Below are positions 20,139 through 31,681 of a stretch of 64,000 nt of DNA, in pieces; the stretch's first letter is position 1, and the number at the start of each line of letters is the position of its first letter. The DNA lies in the IMG/VR virus record IMGVR_UViG_3300044797_000098, positions 1-64,000 of that record; one strand, written 5' to 3'. Under the pieces are notes generated by a model, which saw only the letters and a program-made list of their open reading frames with translations, was not told where the DNA came from and did no database searches. The translations under genes were made by a program, and so were the position numbers.

Positions 20139-21093
20139 TGTTCATCCTAACCTTTCGAAGGTTTGACTATCATACTTCTCAACGAAGTTGTTTCCTCGTT
20201 CTGACTTGTCAATCAGTTGGTGCATCTCAATCTTCGAAGTATTTGATTAGGAAGATTACATCAGCCACTACAACTGAGAAAACTGATTTCGGTTTCATCT
20301 CTTATCAATCACAACGAATGCTTTTCCGAAGCCATCAATGAACTCACCATCGTCATTGACACTTGTTTGCGTGTGATCATGCAATTGCCAATCAACGGCA
20401 TTGCACAAAAACTCATCTGCTTTCCCGCGTCCTTCTTGACGAACAAGTATAGTGCAACAAGACTTCGATGAGTGTCATTGTTTCAATCCTTCCACCCAAC
20501 AACGATCACATTGAACACCAATGTGATGACACCAATTGCAATGTAAAATCCTCCGAGGATATTCAAGTGCGTCGTGTGTGGAGGCGGGATGATAAAAATC
20601 AGCAGCCCAAACGTTATTGAGAGTAATCCCAATACCATTAGATCTGCTCCAATTTCTTGGAGAGAGCCTTCGATAATCATTGAAAACGCAATCCATTTAG
20701 TCATTAGAAACTCCTATGGTAATCGTAATAGGTTCCGATACGCCCTTCCGTTGGCGTGTATTCGTGTGGGAGCACCACTGTATCACCTTCCTGCGAACGC
20801 GCAACAACAATCGCGTCGTCCTCGGAAGAAAACACAATGGCATGGTTTATGCTTCCCACCGCAAGTCCTTGGAAGTTAAGGAACTCATTGGTGAGTTTCA
20901 GTTGAACAACATAGCCCTTCATAGCAACTCCTTTTGAGTGGATGTGTGAGGATGAGAGCAAGACGAGCATAGCAATAACATAGGATTGCTATTAGGATAG
21001 TGGAAAACGCATTGCAGGTTGCTGTGTATAGCACATATATGATGACACATATCTTGGCGATACGATGCATCTGTATATAGCGTTGTAGGTCTG

Positions 21094-21708
21094 TCATAGT
21101 TTGCTTTGACACCACCAGCAGTGGGTAATGGTAGGAGAGCAATCGTTCATCTTACCGCAAGTTGGATTTTTGCAAGGTGCTTCCAACGATCGCTTTGAGA
21201 TACCGTATTGCTTTTCTTGCTCCATCATCTCACCAAGTTTAAGCGTTTGATTGAGATTGTTTTGCGCGATTGCTTTATTGATATTATTGATTAGTGTGTT
21301 TTGCCAATTAGTTGGTGTCGGTGCAGCAACCGGAATTACTGGTTGCGTCGGTGCATTAGCAGCACCAGTGGCACCCATTGGCTGACTAACATGCACACAA
21401 GCAATCTCGATATTCCCATGCACCCAGCAATACCAGTCATAGTAATCAACATCCTTCGAGAATGAAGATTGAGCAAGTTGTGCTGCACCAACATACTTGT
21501 ATCCGGGCGATGAAAACATCTTGGATGGCGTAATCGTTCCTGTCCAAGCAAGCAACCAATCTGCATTCGTTCCCGTATGAACATACACTCCGACAACCTT
21601 GGATCGTAGAGTGAAGTTCTGAACCGTCATGCTGATATCACGATTGGCGTAGAGATAGATATCAATCTCGGAACCAAGCATCGGGCAATGAGAGTTTAGA
21701 GTTGCCAT
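21094..21708 (-). CDS. Hypothetical protein with C-terminal zinc ribbon
   Basis: 204 aa, CKNPTC...CWWC. Confidence 0.6.
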   Translation of the reverse strand: MATLNSHCPMLGSEIDIYLYANRDISMTVQNFTLRSKVVGVYVHTGTNADWLLAWTGTITPSKMFSSPGYKYVGAAQLAQSSFSKDVDYYDWYCWVHGNIEIACVHVSQPMGATGAANAPTQPVIPVAAPTPTNWQNTLINNINKAIAQNNLNQTLKLGEMMEQEKQYGISKRSLEAPCKNPTCGKMNDCSPTITHCWWCQSKL

Positions 21709-21893
21709 CGTTGTTATCCTTGTTTAGTTGAGATGATCGACGATCTGTTCAACCATATATCCGAATGGTTTGATCGGAAGGGTTTCGCACACCGCATCAT
21801 ACATCGCAAGAGCCTCTTGGAATGATTTCGCAGTGAAGACGTATTCCTTACCTTGGCAGACGCGAACGGTGAGTTTGTGAGTGTCTTTGGTGT

Positions 21894-22277
21894 TCATTTT
21901 CGTTCCTTTGTCTTTCCTGATCTTGTGTGAATAAAATCCGTGTAATTGTAATTGGAATACCAATGTGTATATGTATACGCTTTATACGTTCCACCGATTG
22001 AAACTACTGCGCGTCTCCATTCTTTTCCGTGATGATCAGCATTAGGATCAATTAGTAAGTGTGCTGCCTCATGGAGTAATGTGAGACGCTCTTTCAATAT
22101 GCCTTTGCGATCCAAGCATATCCATCCCTTGTATTCATCAGTATAAGTGTGAGCGTGTGCTGCACCATCAATCGTGTCAGTTTGATCTATACATCCACCT
22201 GCACATATACCAACAACCTCTTTGATATTGCGAAGACACGGAGGAAACTCCGATCTCCTTCTGATTATGAAACGCAT
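21894..22277 (-). CDS. SprT-like zinc metalloprotease
   Basis: LLHEAAH (HExxH) followed by HHGKEW. Confidence 0.65.
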   Translation of the reverse strand: MRFIIRRRSEFPPCLRNIKEVVGICAGGCIDQTDTIDGAAHAHTYTDEYKGWICLDRKGILKERLTLLHEAAHLLIDPNADHHGKEWRRAVVSIGGTYKAYTYTHWYSNYNYTDFIHTRSGKTKERK

Positions 22278-22279
22278 TG

Positions 22280-22774
22280 TTAGTTGTAGATTGCCTTGCA
22301 GGTTTTGATATCATCATTGCCCGCTACAACATTAGCAAGGCAATTACGATATCGCTCTCTCAATGTTGACTTCTTTGTAGGTCGGCAGAACGATGCTTTA
22401 CTACCACACTGACCTAAATAACACGAACCGTATTCACTCATCGTCGGCTTACGTCCAAGATGCTTCTCGCACATTGAAACGACTCCCTTGATTACATGCG
22501 CGCCCGCTTGGATATTCACAACGGGATTGAATAGCCACTCTGCTTTCCCTTTGAAGTATCGAGCGCGCACTTGCATCAGCCCAAAATCCTCACGATCAAA
22601 AGACTTGACATAAGGTCTAAATCTGCTTTCGTGTTCGATGATTGCAACGAAGTCAAGAGGATTGACTCCGGCAACTACCGCTTGTTGATCAATGCTCTGA
22701 GCATATTGTTGCAGGGTTCCTGCCGACATATTTGGATGTGATAGCTGAATAGCAATCAATATCTCTTGAAGCAT
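22280..22774 (-). CDS. Lytic transglycosylase (SLT domain)
   Basis: AIIEHESRF, DFGLMQV and NIQAGA motifs. Confidence 0.85.
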   Translation of the reverse strand: MLQEILIAIQLSHPNMSAGTLQQYAQSIDQQAVVAGVNPLDFVAIIEHESRFRPYVKSFDREDFGLMQVRARYFKGKAEWLFNPVVNIQAGAHVIKGVVSMCEKHLGRKPTMSEYGSCYLGQCGSKASFCRPTKKSTLRERYRNCLANVVAGNDDIKTCKAIYN

Positions 22775-22829
22775 TGTCTTTCTCCTATTGGTTTATGTAA
22801 TGGTATCTAATACCTTAGACCGACTTCTA

Positions 22830-23063
22830 TCAGAGACCAGCAGGGTTATACGGCTTTACAAGAATCGAAGTGCCAGGTTTGTAATACGGACTCCAATTGT
22901 AGTGCGTCCGTCCCACGCGCAACTTATCATTGATCTCCTGCTTGTCAAGCGATTTCTCAATCGTCGCATTCAGATTGCTGTTATGAACGTCGCTTGCACG
23001 CATCGGCGTGGATGCGCAGCCAGTTGCGGACACGAGAATACACATAACGATGATGGTCTTCAT
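22830..23063 (-). CDS. Lipoprotein
   Basis: Lipobox ATGC after a hydrophobic leader. Confidence 0.6.
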   Translation of the reverse strand: MKTIIVMCILVSATGCASTPMRASDVHNSNLNATIEKSLDKQEINDKLRVGRTHYNWSPYYKPGTSILVKPYNPAGL

Positions 23064-24368
23064 TTGATTTGTCTTTCAGTATGAGAGGTTTAATCGCCCC
23101 ATGTATCGCGACGTGGGGGCTGAGGTTTATCACCAGCAAGATAGTATCCAATTATTGCGAATATCCCGAAGAAAAAGCCAAGCACTGCTGCAAGTAATGG
23201 GTTGCGTTTTTCGATGTTAGCAATGTGCCAGCAGGCACATGTGCAAAAGACGGTGTATAGTAATCCGAATACATGATATAGGTTCATTTGAAACTCCTAC
23301 ATCAATGCAGGAATGTGCATTCAATCAACGAATACCACTTCCACGCCAATCTCGGCGAAGAAGTCAATCAAGTCTCTCTCACGAATCGCTTCTGATAGAT
23401 TCTGATTGTCATTGATATCCATCAGGTTCATACAAGTCTCGCTAAGAGTCGAACAACCTTCATACTCGAAGAATAGTCCTTCTGCTTCGGAAGCAAAACG
23501 AGCCCATTCTTCTCGATGGGATGCATCATATCCAATCGGAATATCCTCGGGAGAGGCAACATCCTTAATCCGCTCAGGTTCAAGACCGCATGCAAGTCCG
23601 AAAAACCCAAGACAACACATCTTGTTGTCAGCGGATCGTAATAGATAGGACTCGTTCCATCCTTCGCCCCGCAACCACTTACTGCGTTCAATAACGAGGT
23701 TCATTGTCTTTGTCCTTTCATCCATCCGAGTGAAAATCTTCACGGTAATAATGTCCACTATCTTCCAGTGCTTCGAACGGCTCATTGCAGTTCGGGCAAT
23801 CATCGGGGTAATCATATTCGAGATCAATCTCTTCGTAATTGAGACCTTCGGAACTGGTATTCAACACACTGACTTCAACTTCGTGATCGCATTCGATGCA
23901 CGTGAGAGTGATTGTTTTCATTGTGATATCCTATGCTGCAATGTCATCTTGTTGATGCGGTTGAGTTTCCATCCAATTCCTGATGTAGTCAAGACGGACA
24001 GTCCATTCGTGTCGAATGCGGTCAAGGTTCCATTTGACGAAGGCTGTGATGTAGATATCAGGACAGCCTTCGGGATTGTTCATCGGACGTCAATCCCATT
24101 CAATAGATTGGTTTCATACCAAGCAATCAATAGACACCCGTATATTAGATTGAATGACACGATGAAAGTGAGAATTGATTGAAGAATCATTTGAGTTGTT
24201 CCTTTCAAGAGTTTGCTCTCTATGTCTCCTAACTCTCAAGGCGAGTTAGTTATCCCTCCAAGACCAGCATAGAGAGCCAGTTTAGTTTTGCATTTTCCTA
24301 ATGCTTTGATTTGCCCCGACCTTACACCCGTGTGTTTGAATGCACGGATGTAAGAGCAGAGAGATCAA

Positions 24369-26732
24369 TTACTGACTGATCTTTCTTTGGTATTCCATAT
24401 GGTCTTGTTCTTCCAACGATCGGAAGCGCATAATACCTTGCGTAATTGCTTTCCGTTTCTCTGTGTTAGTTCCACTAAGGATCTTCTTCAAGCTACGTGC
24501 AGGTAATCCTGTTATAGTTCTGCACGCATGACTATTGTCCTGATCATCAAGTCCACTTACCAGACTATCAAAATCAACGTCTCCTGTCATTAGGAAGTAT
24601 AGTGGAACTGCTCTCAGCGCGATCTTTGCTCTCTCTTTCTTGGCTTCTAGTGATAGCTCTTCTTTGTCTTTGGCAGGGTCTTTATCTCCGCCATTGCTAT
24701 CGGTATTACCATCAGTATTACCATCAGCGCTATCATCTTCGTCATCACTATCATCGCTATTACCACTGTCATCTAGTCGCCTAGAGTTCTTGCCGTTCTT
24801 CACGTCGGACTTGTTTACTTCGATACCCTTGATCTTAGATCCATTCAGTTCGATATCATCAAGTCCTTCAACTAAGTCATCAAGGTTTATAGGAAGAAGA
24901 TCCTCGAACAATGATTGAAGTCCAACAAGACTGGTTGATCTGCCGAATCCCTCTTCCAGTTTAGCGATGAGTTCGTCGGCATTCATTGCTTTGAATTCCG
25001 TTCCCTCATAGCATAGAACGTTGAACACCTTCAACATCTCATTCAGAATTGGCTTCGGGTTAGCACCGTTAGCCGTAGCCTGAGCGAGCGTATACAAGTG
25101 TTCAAGCGTGCGATTGGGATTGAAGTCGAATACATAGCATTCGTGCTTCATTCCAACCCATGGTGTTTGTCCTCGGAATATAAGCTGAAAATACAACTGA
25201 GCGGATGTCATATCCGACAGAATAAATACCGATCCCCATTCGGGGATCGATACTCCGTGCCCTAGCTTTCCACATGAAAGAGTAATCGTTCCAATGTGTT
25301 TCTTGTTGCGACCACTCTCTACGTCTGCAATTCTGCTCTTGACGAGTTGAACAGTATCAGGTCCTTCATCACCATTAGCACCTGCTGCAATGATGATATC
25401 ATAATGCTTATAAACTCGGTGTTTTTTAAGCATAGCTGCGGTAAGTTCCACGGCTTTCACATTGCGAGGTAGATACCATAGAGCATGCCGAAGATTGATT
25501 TCGGAATACCTAGAGTGCTTTGAGTATGGCATCTCCAACTCATGAGACATCATATCAAGAAAAGATTTGACGGACTTTTCATTGATGAATGAGGGAACTC
25601 CTTTTACCTTTTCTTCAATCGAAAAGAGTTTTGTGAATGTGAAGCCCTCGTCTTCGGTGAAGACGTCGGCATCCTCATACAACTCTGGAGAGAGAAGAAT
25701 GGTATGTAATGTCATAGGGCAGAGCCAATAGTATTGCCCATCTTTCTCAGCATTAGCTTGTCCGAGTCGAGCAAGCTCTTCTGCGCGAACATATTGCTCG
25801 TTTAGATATGACCAAGAGAACATTGCGTCTGGTTCGAAACGCTCTTCCAATAGAGCACGGAAGGGCGTTCCACTAAGATTGAGAATGTGCTTACAGTTAA
25901 GCTTAGCAAGCGCCTCTTTCGTGTTCGGAGTATCGAATGCGAGATGACACTCATCTTTGATGAGAAGATCGAATACCATGTTTGGGAAGTTCTTGAACTT
26001 AGGCTTCAATAATCCTTCTTTGGTTAGACGAGCAAGATCCTGCAATGATGCGAATATGATTGTTCGCTTGTTAGGATCGACAACGATCGGATCACTAACC
26101 TTACTTGCATCAATGAAGTTATCCTTGCCGAAGTCAAAATCGACATGATCCATTGCGTCAATCCAAGATTGTTTCGTATCAGTAGGACGACCAGTCAAAA
26201 TAAGAACGAGACCGAAATCCATTCTCATAATGAGCTGGTATGCAGCGTGCGTCTTACCAAAACGCATCTTACAATCCCAGAGAAACTCTCTCGTAAGATT
26301 TTCATCCTTAGACATGAAGGCAATGGTAATCGCTAGGCATTCGTCTTGTTCAGAACGAAGAAGAAACGATAGCAACTTACGATTACCATGATTGGCTGCA
26401 TTGAAGTAGAGAGTGATCTGTTGGACAAGGAAGTTATAGTCAGACACTAGTAGAGAGATTACTTCTCTGCCCCTACCACGATTGGCTCCGAACTTCTTTG
26501 CGAACGTAGAACATAGATGCTTACGGACACCTGCATCACCAAGATTAGTAGGGAAGAAGCAATGTTCAATATCACCTGGACAATGACGCTGATGTTCTCC
26601 GAGACGTTGATCGCGAGCACCAGCATTGTTATCAGACAATCCAATCTTGAAGTTGACACGATCAGTTGGAAGAAGATTGGTTATGTTGGGCCCAGTAAGA
26701 TACACACCGCGAGTATGAATAGGAGCAGCCAT
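24369..26732 (-). CDS. Restriction-type enzyme: N-terminal GIY-YIG/T5orf172-like nuclease plus SF2 helicase
   Basis: KIGLS...RL.EH N-terminal motif; Walker A CKMRFGKT, DECH, LSGTPF, and motif VI QLIFRGQTP. Confidence 0.8.
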   Translation of the reverse strand: MAAPIHTRGVYLTGPNITNLLPTDRVNFKIGLSDNNAGARDQRLGEHQRHCPGDIEHCFFPTNLGDAGVRKHLCSTFAKKFGANRGRGREVISLLVSDYNFLVQQITLYFNAANHGNRKLLSFLLRSEQDECLAITIAFMSKDENLTREFLWDCKMRFGKTHAAYQLIMRMDFGLVLILTGRPTDTKQSWIDAMDHVDFDFGKDNFIDASKVSDPIVVDPNKRTIIFASLQDLARLTKEGLLKPKFKNFPNMVFDLLIKDECHLAFDTPNTKEALAKLNCKHILNLSGTPFRALLEERFEPDAMFSWSYLNEQYVRAEELARLGQANAEKDGQYYWLCPMTLHTILLSPELYEDADVFTEDEGFTFTKLFSIEEKVKGVPSFINEKSVKSFLDMMSHELEMPYSKHSRYSEINLRHALWYLPRNVKAVELTAAMLKKHRVYKHYDIIIAAGANGDEGPDTVQLVKSRIADVESGRNKKHIGTITLSCGKLGHGVSIPEWGSVFILSDMTSAQLYFQLIFRGQTPWVGMKHECYVFDFNPNRTLEHLYTLAQATANGANPKPILNEMLKVFNVLCYEGTEFKAMNADELIAKLEEGFGRSTSLVGLQSLFEDLLPINLDDLVEGLDDIELNGSKIKGIEVNKSDVKNGKNSRRLDDSGNSDDSDDEDDSADGNTDGNTDSNGGDKDPAKDKEELSLEAKKERAKIALRAVPLYFLMTGDVDFDSLVSGLDDQDNSHACRTITGLPARSLKKILSGTNTEKRKAITQGIMRFRSLEEQDHMEYQRKISQ

Positions 26733-26750
26733 TGTGATTGTCTTTCGTTG

Positions 26751-28283
26751 TTATACGTCGTCTAGATTGATTACATTGGCAAGACGATCGAAGTCTCTCG
26801 ACGTCTTTGGTTGTCGTTGCTTCTTTTCTGCTTTGGCTTTGGGGGCTTTGGCAGGCTTGTTTCCCTTACTGCGAAACACGATATAATTTCGTGTAGTTTT
26901 TTCCACATGTTCAATCTCTTCCTTAGAGAGATCAAACATCGCATAGAGATCTTCGTTCGAATACGAACGAGTGAAGTCGAGATACGGAACGAATTTGAAT
27001 GTCTTGGATGAAGTATTCTTTACCTTCAGAAGTGAAACAAGATACTGTACGAGATAGGTATTGATGAATGCTTCCGCGTTCTTTACCTCTTCATTGGTAT
27101 CAAAAACACCAATCACGAGATACGTTTCACTAACGATGTTGCCAGGCTTCACAATGAATGTCTTGCCGGTCGAACCACGTTCCGCTCCATACGCCTTTGG
27201 AATACAGAGTTTCCACTTATCAATAGTATCTAAGTTTTTGGCGATATGTTTCTTGTTAACAAGCTTAGTCATCTCTCCACCGCCACTACCGCCTTTAACA
27301 TGGCATACATATGACGTTTCAAAATCGTCTGACCAATCCGAATAATTGCTTCGCAATCCATATGGATTGGAGAGTAGCATCTTAGATTCAAAAAACGTAT
27401 CGCACTTTGCTACCACCTTATCACGAATTGTTACTCCCACAACAAGAATAACCTCCTGTCCCTCAAGATTCATATCTTTACCATTGATCTTTACGACATG
27501 ATCGTTCTTGGAAGCTTCCCACATAAAATACATCACACCACCAGGAATAAGCACACCAGGAAACCAGTCTTCCGATTTTTCCGTAGAAACTATGTTCGTA
27601 AGCTTCTTACACGAGAGCATCATTTTCAAAAATGATGACGTGCTTTTTCCATTACCAGTCATCCACGGAGCAGGAATAACCATACTAAGATAGCTTGGAT
27701 TACACTCAGTTGCTTTTTGCACGAAGTCAGGATACAATGCACCAGCCGACGCACCTCCTCCACCAGCACCATCACTCAATTGGTAAGGCGGATTGCCAAC
27801 AATACAATCAAACTTCACATACGTTTCTTTCCCATTAGCTTCCTTCTTCACCATAACTTCTCCGTTCTTACCTAGTCTTGCTTTCAGGAAGTCTCGCGTC
27901 TGAACATTCCCTTTCAGCGTCAGAAACCCCCTCATATTATTCCACACTTTGCCTAGATAGTTCCTACGAACAATTAGCTCGCAAGCAGGCGTAGGAGCGA
28001 ATGAATAAATCATCTCATTGACAATCCAGTTTCGTCTCTCTTCGTAATCTGGAATAGCAACAATCAATCCCATCATCAATCGTCGAAACAACTCCAACTC
28101 AAACTCACCGTTCTTGCTAACAGGCACAAGCCACTTCAATCGAGGATTACTCCACACATCTTTAGGAAACGACTCACACATATTGAAAACCAACGGTGCG
28201 GGCGTCTTCACCATCTGATTCTCATTCTTCTTTTGAACGGGATTAGGAAGTCGGGCATGAAACGCAGCAGTCATTGTAGTCAA
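26751..28283 (-). CDS. N6-adenine DNA methyltransferase, Eco57I-like, with target-recognition domain
   Basis: FDCIVGNPPYQ catalytic motif IV; its SAM-binding motif I looks degenerate (WLVPVSKNGEF). Confidence 0.85.
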   Translation of the reverse strand: MTTMTAAFHARLPNPVQKKNENQMVKTPAPLVFNMCESFPKDVWSNPRLKWLVPVSKNGEFELELFRRLMMGLIVAIPDYEERRNWIVNEMIYSFAPTPACELIVRRNYLGKVWNNMRGFLTLKGNVQTRDFLKARLGKNGEVMVKKEANGKETYVKFDCIVGNPPYQLSDGAGGGGASAGALYPDFVQKATECNPSYLSMVIPAPWMTGNGKSTSSFLKMMLSCKKLTNIVSTEKSEDWFPGVLIPGGVMYFMWEASKNDHVVKINGKDMNLEGQEVILVVGVTIRDKVVAKCDTFFESKMLLSNPYGLRSNYSDWSDDFETSYVCHVKGGSGGGEMTKLVNKKHIAKNLDTIDKWKLCIPKAYGAERGSTGKTFIVKPGNIVSETYLVIGVFDTNEEVKNAEAFINTYLVQYLVSLLKVKNTSSKTFKFVPYLDFTRSYSNEDLYAMFDLSKEEIEHVEKTTRNYIVFRSKGNKPAKAPKAKAEKKQRQPKTSRDFDRLANVINLDDV

Positions 28284-28855
28284 TCCTTTTTCAGGTGCAG
28301 GAGTTCTTCATACAAACGCTTGTTAGTCCTACCGTTAGGACATTCTTCGTTGTTGTCTATGGCGGATAGTATCTTGTCGATCTTGGTTAGAGCTTCAGTC
28401 TTATTCCTATTAGGAAGACTATCGAAGTGCTTCCACTTTAGATTGTCTTTTAATGTATCCTTGGTCGGGCGTATATTGTTCTCGACAATACACGCAACAC
28501 GTTTTCTTATAGCGAACCAGGCAGCTCCTTTATACCCGTGTTGTATAGCATATGGAATAACAACGTTGGCATAGATACGCATATGACATTCACGAACATT
28601 GTCGATCATAATGTCGACACCGAACGTCGTATTGAGTGCAGCCATTAGATCATGCCCGTATGCCAACTTACGCCGTAAAATACCGAGAATGAATTGACCA
28701 TTACCGCACGTAGGTTCGAGCCAGTTTTTCTCCTCTTGCCATGCATCTTCTGGAAACTGATTGAGCATCTGCTCAACAAGGAAGTCTGGCGTAAATACTT
28801 CACCAACATCCTTTACTCGTTCCTTAGATTTGATTAGTGATACCGACATATACAA
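28280..28855 (-). CDS. SAM-binding DNA methyltransferase subunit
   Basis: KSKERVK..GEVFTP and LEPTCGNGQF motifs; no NPPY; 4-nt overlap with the next gene. Confidence 0.8.
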   Translation of the reverse strand: MYMSVSLIKSKERVKDVGEVFTPDFLVEQMLNQFPEDAWQEEKNWLEPTCGNGQFILGILRRKLAYGHDLMAALNTTFGVDIMIDNVRECHMRIYANVVIPYAIQHGYKGAAWFAIRKRVACIVENNIRPTKDTLKDNLKWKHFDSLPNRNKTEALTKIDKILSAIDNNEECPNGRTNKRLYEELLHLKKD

Positions 28856-29242
28856 CTCCCTATATACTATATCATATGATTTTATTTATGGCAATGAAAA
28901 CGCATGATGGTATGAATACTTTTAACTTTTCACCAATGCCAGTCCCGCGCATACAACACGACTTTCAACAATCGTCATTAGTATGGGATTCAATTGCTTT
29001 ATCGCTTATTAGTTCCTTGAACGGACATACCTATACAAGGTGTATCAAGTGCGGATGTTATCGACGAGAAACCATTGTAAAATCATCATCTTACGGAAAC
29101 ATCTCTGTATCATACGGACAATCTACTTCAATAGTAAGTATGGTATCTGATTGGAATCAATCAGTTCCTAATTGTCTCTAATCATACTTTGACTTCCCCA
29201 CCCTTACATTCGCTCGCACGAACGCAAGAGTAGAAACTTCAA

Positions 29243-29437
29243 TTATCGACAATCACCCGTGCAAGTAGTGGTGCAAGGAGCACACTTTCCTCCACACCCA
29301 TAACAATAAGTAGTGCACGTACAAAACGACGGATGAATGCCTTCCGACGCTTGCACGGTCGCCTCTGCACCGAAGATACAGAGACCGAAAAGACCAAGAC
29401 CAATAGCAGTAAGAACAACCGTTGCAACCTTCTTCAT
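29243..29437 (-). CDS. Small secreted Cys-rich peptide
   Basis: Signal peptide then CTCTTYCYGCGGKCAPCTTTCTGDC. Confidence 0.55.
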   Translation of the reverse strand: MKKVATVVLTAIGLGLFGLCIFGAEATVQASEGIHPSFCTCTTYCYGCGGKCAPCTTTCTGDCR

Positions 29438-29516
29438 GACCTATTCTCCTTCATGTCGGACTGAATTGTCCGCCACCACACCCATACACATATGCACGGA
29501 TGCGGTAGCAGAAACT

Positions 29517-29942
29517 TCAATTATTGAATGGATTGGCGTCCAGGATAGGACGTGATAGAATGGGAGAGGATGAGAGAGCAGTGGAGGAACTATGTTCAAT
29601 AGTGATAGTGAGATTCATTGTCTGATTGTTTTCTTTACATCTGAACATAATTGCTTCAGTAGAAGAAGTTGACGACTTCCAAGAACCGACGCCGTGAAAT
29701 GCGAAACCACGACTATCTGATACGGTATCTTTGTTATCGCTTGCGATCTCATATCCTCTTTCAGCGCAATAATCCCCCATCGCTACGAGACAACCAGCAT
29801 GATCATCATAGCATGTGGCAATGTGCCAACGTTTTCCGTCTGGTCCCATAATCCAATGTGGATTCTGCGCATTATTGATCTTGCCGGCACAACCCGTCAT
29901 CATTGACAGTCCAACAATAACCATTAGCATCTTCATTATCAT
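29517..29942 (-). CDS. Lipoprotein
   Basis: Lipobox MTGC. Confidence 0.6.
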   Translation of the reverse strand: MIMKMLMVIVGLSMMTGCAGKINNAQNPHWIMGPDGKRWHIATCYDDHAGCLVAMGDYCAERGYEIASDNKDTVSDSRGFAFHGVGSWKSSTSSTEAIMFRCKENNQTMNLTITIEHSSSTALSSSPILSRPILDANPFNN

Positions 29943-29948
29943 TACCTC

Positions 29949-30293
29949 TCAGTTGCAGCACCAAGTGTCCCATTCCACACCCTTCACAACAACCGTCGGA
30001 CTCGGATGCACACATCCCGATTGAGGAGCAACACCACCATCCACAGGACTACTACATAGATACAATCCCTTCGCGCACACATAGATTTGATCACTCGTGG
30101 GCTGACCCTGATCCAATGTGCAACTGATATGAGCACTACCAGCGTCGGGAGTTTTTGCTTCTTGCACAACCATATCAACCGATTCACCAACAGTATCAAC
30201 TGGGCTCGAACAAGCAACAACCGAACCAAACAACACACTCATCACAATGAACTTCATTTCGCTCTCCTTCAATTCACAAAACAGTAAATACAA
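29949..30293 (-). CDS. Cys-rich lipoprotein
   Basis: Lipobox VVAC, PDAG and VDGG motifs, paired cysteines. Confidence 0.6.
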   Translation of the reverse strand: MYLLFCELKESEMKFIVMSVLFGSVVACSSPVDTVGESVDMVVQEAKTPDAGSAHISCTLDQGQPTSDQIYVCAKGLYLCSSPVDGGVAPQSGCVHPSPTVVVKGVEWDTWCCN

Positions 30294-30742
30294 AACAACA
30301 TAAGCCCAAACAAAAACGATACAATCATATCCTCCTTCAATGCAGGAGGAATTAGTGTATCATGCTCAGACTCATCTATCAATCTCTCAAACACAACCGT
30401 ATCAGTATTGGCTGGAATGCTAACCGCTTCCGTCAATGTCGCTGGGGGTAGAATTAGATTGCTCATTTACATTGTCCTTTCATGTGTGTGTATAATTGAA
30501 TTACATGCCATGACACCCAGTGAAGGATGCCATAGCATATACGTCAATCAATCTTGCTGAGATCAACAATCTCAGTCGAGAACCCAAGCAACTTATAATC
30601 GCTGGCTTGACTTTGTGCCAATTCAAGATAGTGCCATACGTAAGCCTTCTTGATGTCAAGAGTCCAAGTTATTTCACAACTGTCATTTCTTTCGTACTTA
30701 TTACCATGCTTGATGACAAAACCCTTCATGAGTATCTCCTAA

Positions 30743-31681
30743 TCAGTTGTCATCCAAGTTGATTACAACCGCGTCCGTCTTCTCTTTCTTCGTTCGCTTG
30801 CCTTTGACAGTAGGCTCAACTACCAACGGCTTCCTATACTCCTCTTCACTTATCACGCGCGCCTTAGTTGGTCGCTTGAAGAATGCGAAGTGTGCTTCTC
30901 TTCCCGGCACCAACATCGCTTCGAATTGCACGAAGCATCCAATCAACACATCACCATTAGTAGCAGACAACTCATTAGGACAAGTTCCCCAGCACAACCA
31001 ATTACCAGCAGGCGTTTCTACCTTCACCGTCATACGAAGAACAATTCCGAAGTCGCTCTCTTGCACCTTGCGACTAATCATCCGACCTCTAATAACAACT
31101 CTGTCATTAGATACCGGCGCAGGAATCATAACCTCTGCCGGCATACTCGCACGCTCCAACACTTCCTTTGCAAGTTTCATTGCGAATGCTACTTGCTTCT
31201 CGCTCAATGCATGATATCGATTCAACTTGTCATTCATGTCTCTAAGGATATCATGATCAACTTCCAATGCTTCTGCTAAGCCCGGATTAGCAGCAAGGAA
31301 GTTCGCACGAATGATGCGATTGTGTTCCGCTTGAATGACTGCTGCACGCCTACGCTTGATTGACTCCAATGCAGCATTGAAGTCGTCTCTGTCTGCAAGC
31401 ATTGCATACTTGTCAGCACAATCATGACCGACATGGATCAGGTGCCCAGTGGGAATGTGTTGCCAGATATCACCGTATCTGTAATTAGCGCCACATATTC
31501 CACACTTGCCCATTGAGCCCCACATTTTTCCTTCTCGGTGCCAACCCACACCTTCACATAACTCCCGTGCTTCTTTGATACCGTAGCAATCATCGTAGCC
31601 ATTCGGCATAGCGTATGACATAACGTAATTGTAATCGACTGGAACAATTGCTCCGGGTCTATGTATATCTGTGCGCGCCAT
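30743..31681 (-). CDS. Conserved-looking phage hypothetical protein with zinc-binding motifs
   Basis: 312 aa, CGICG...HVGHDC, good RBS. Confidence 0.7.
   Translation of the reverse strand: MARTDIHRPGAIVPVDYNYVMSYAMPNGYDDCYGIKEARELCEGVGWHREGKMWGSMGKCGICGANYRYGDIWQHIPTGHLIHVGHDCADKYAMLADRDDFNAALESIKRRRAAVIQAEHNRIIRANFLAANPGLAEALEVDHDILRDMNDKLNRYHALSEKQVAFAMKLAKEVLERASMPAEVMIPAPVSNDRVVIRGRMISRKVQESDFGIVLRMTVKVETPAGNWLCWGTCPNELSATNGDVLIGCFVQFEAMLVPGREAHFAFFKRPTKARVISEEEYRKPLVVEPTVKGKRTKKEKTDAVVINLDDN

Noticed and set aside
24690-24790. Short tandem repeats in the helicase gene (DGNTDGNT)
   Set aside because: Ordinary acidic low-complexity linker
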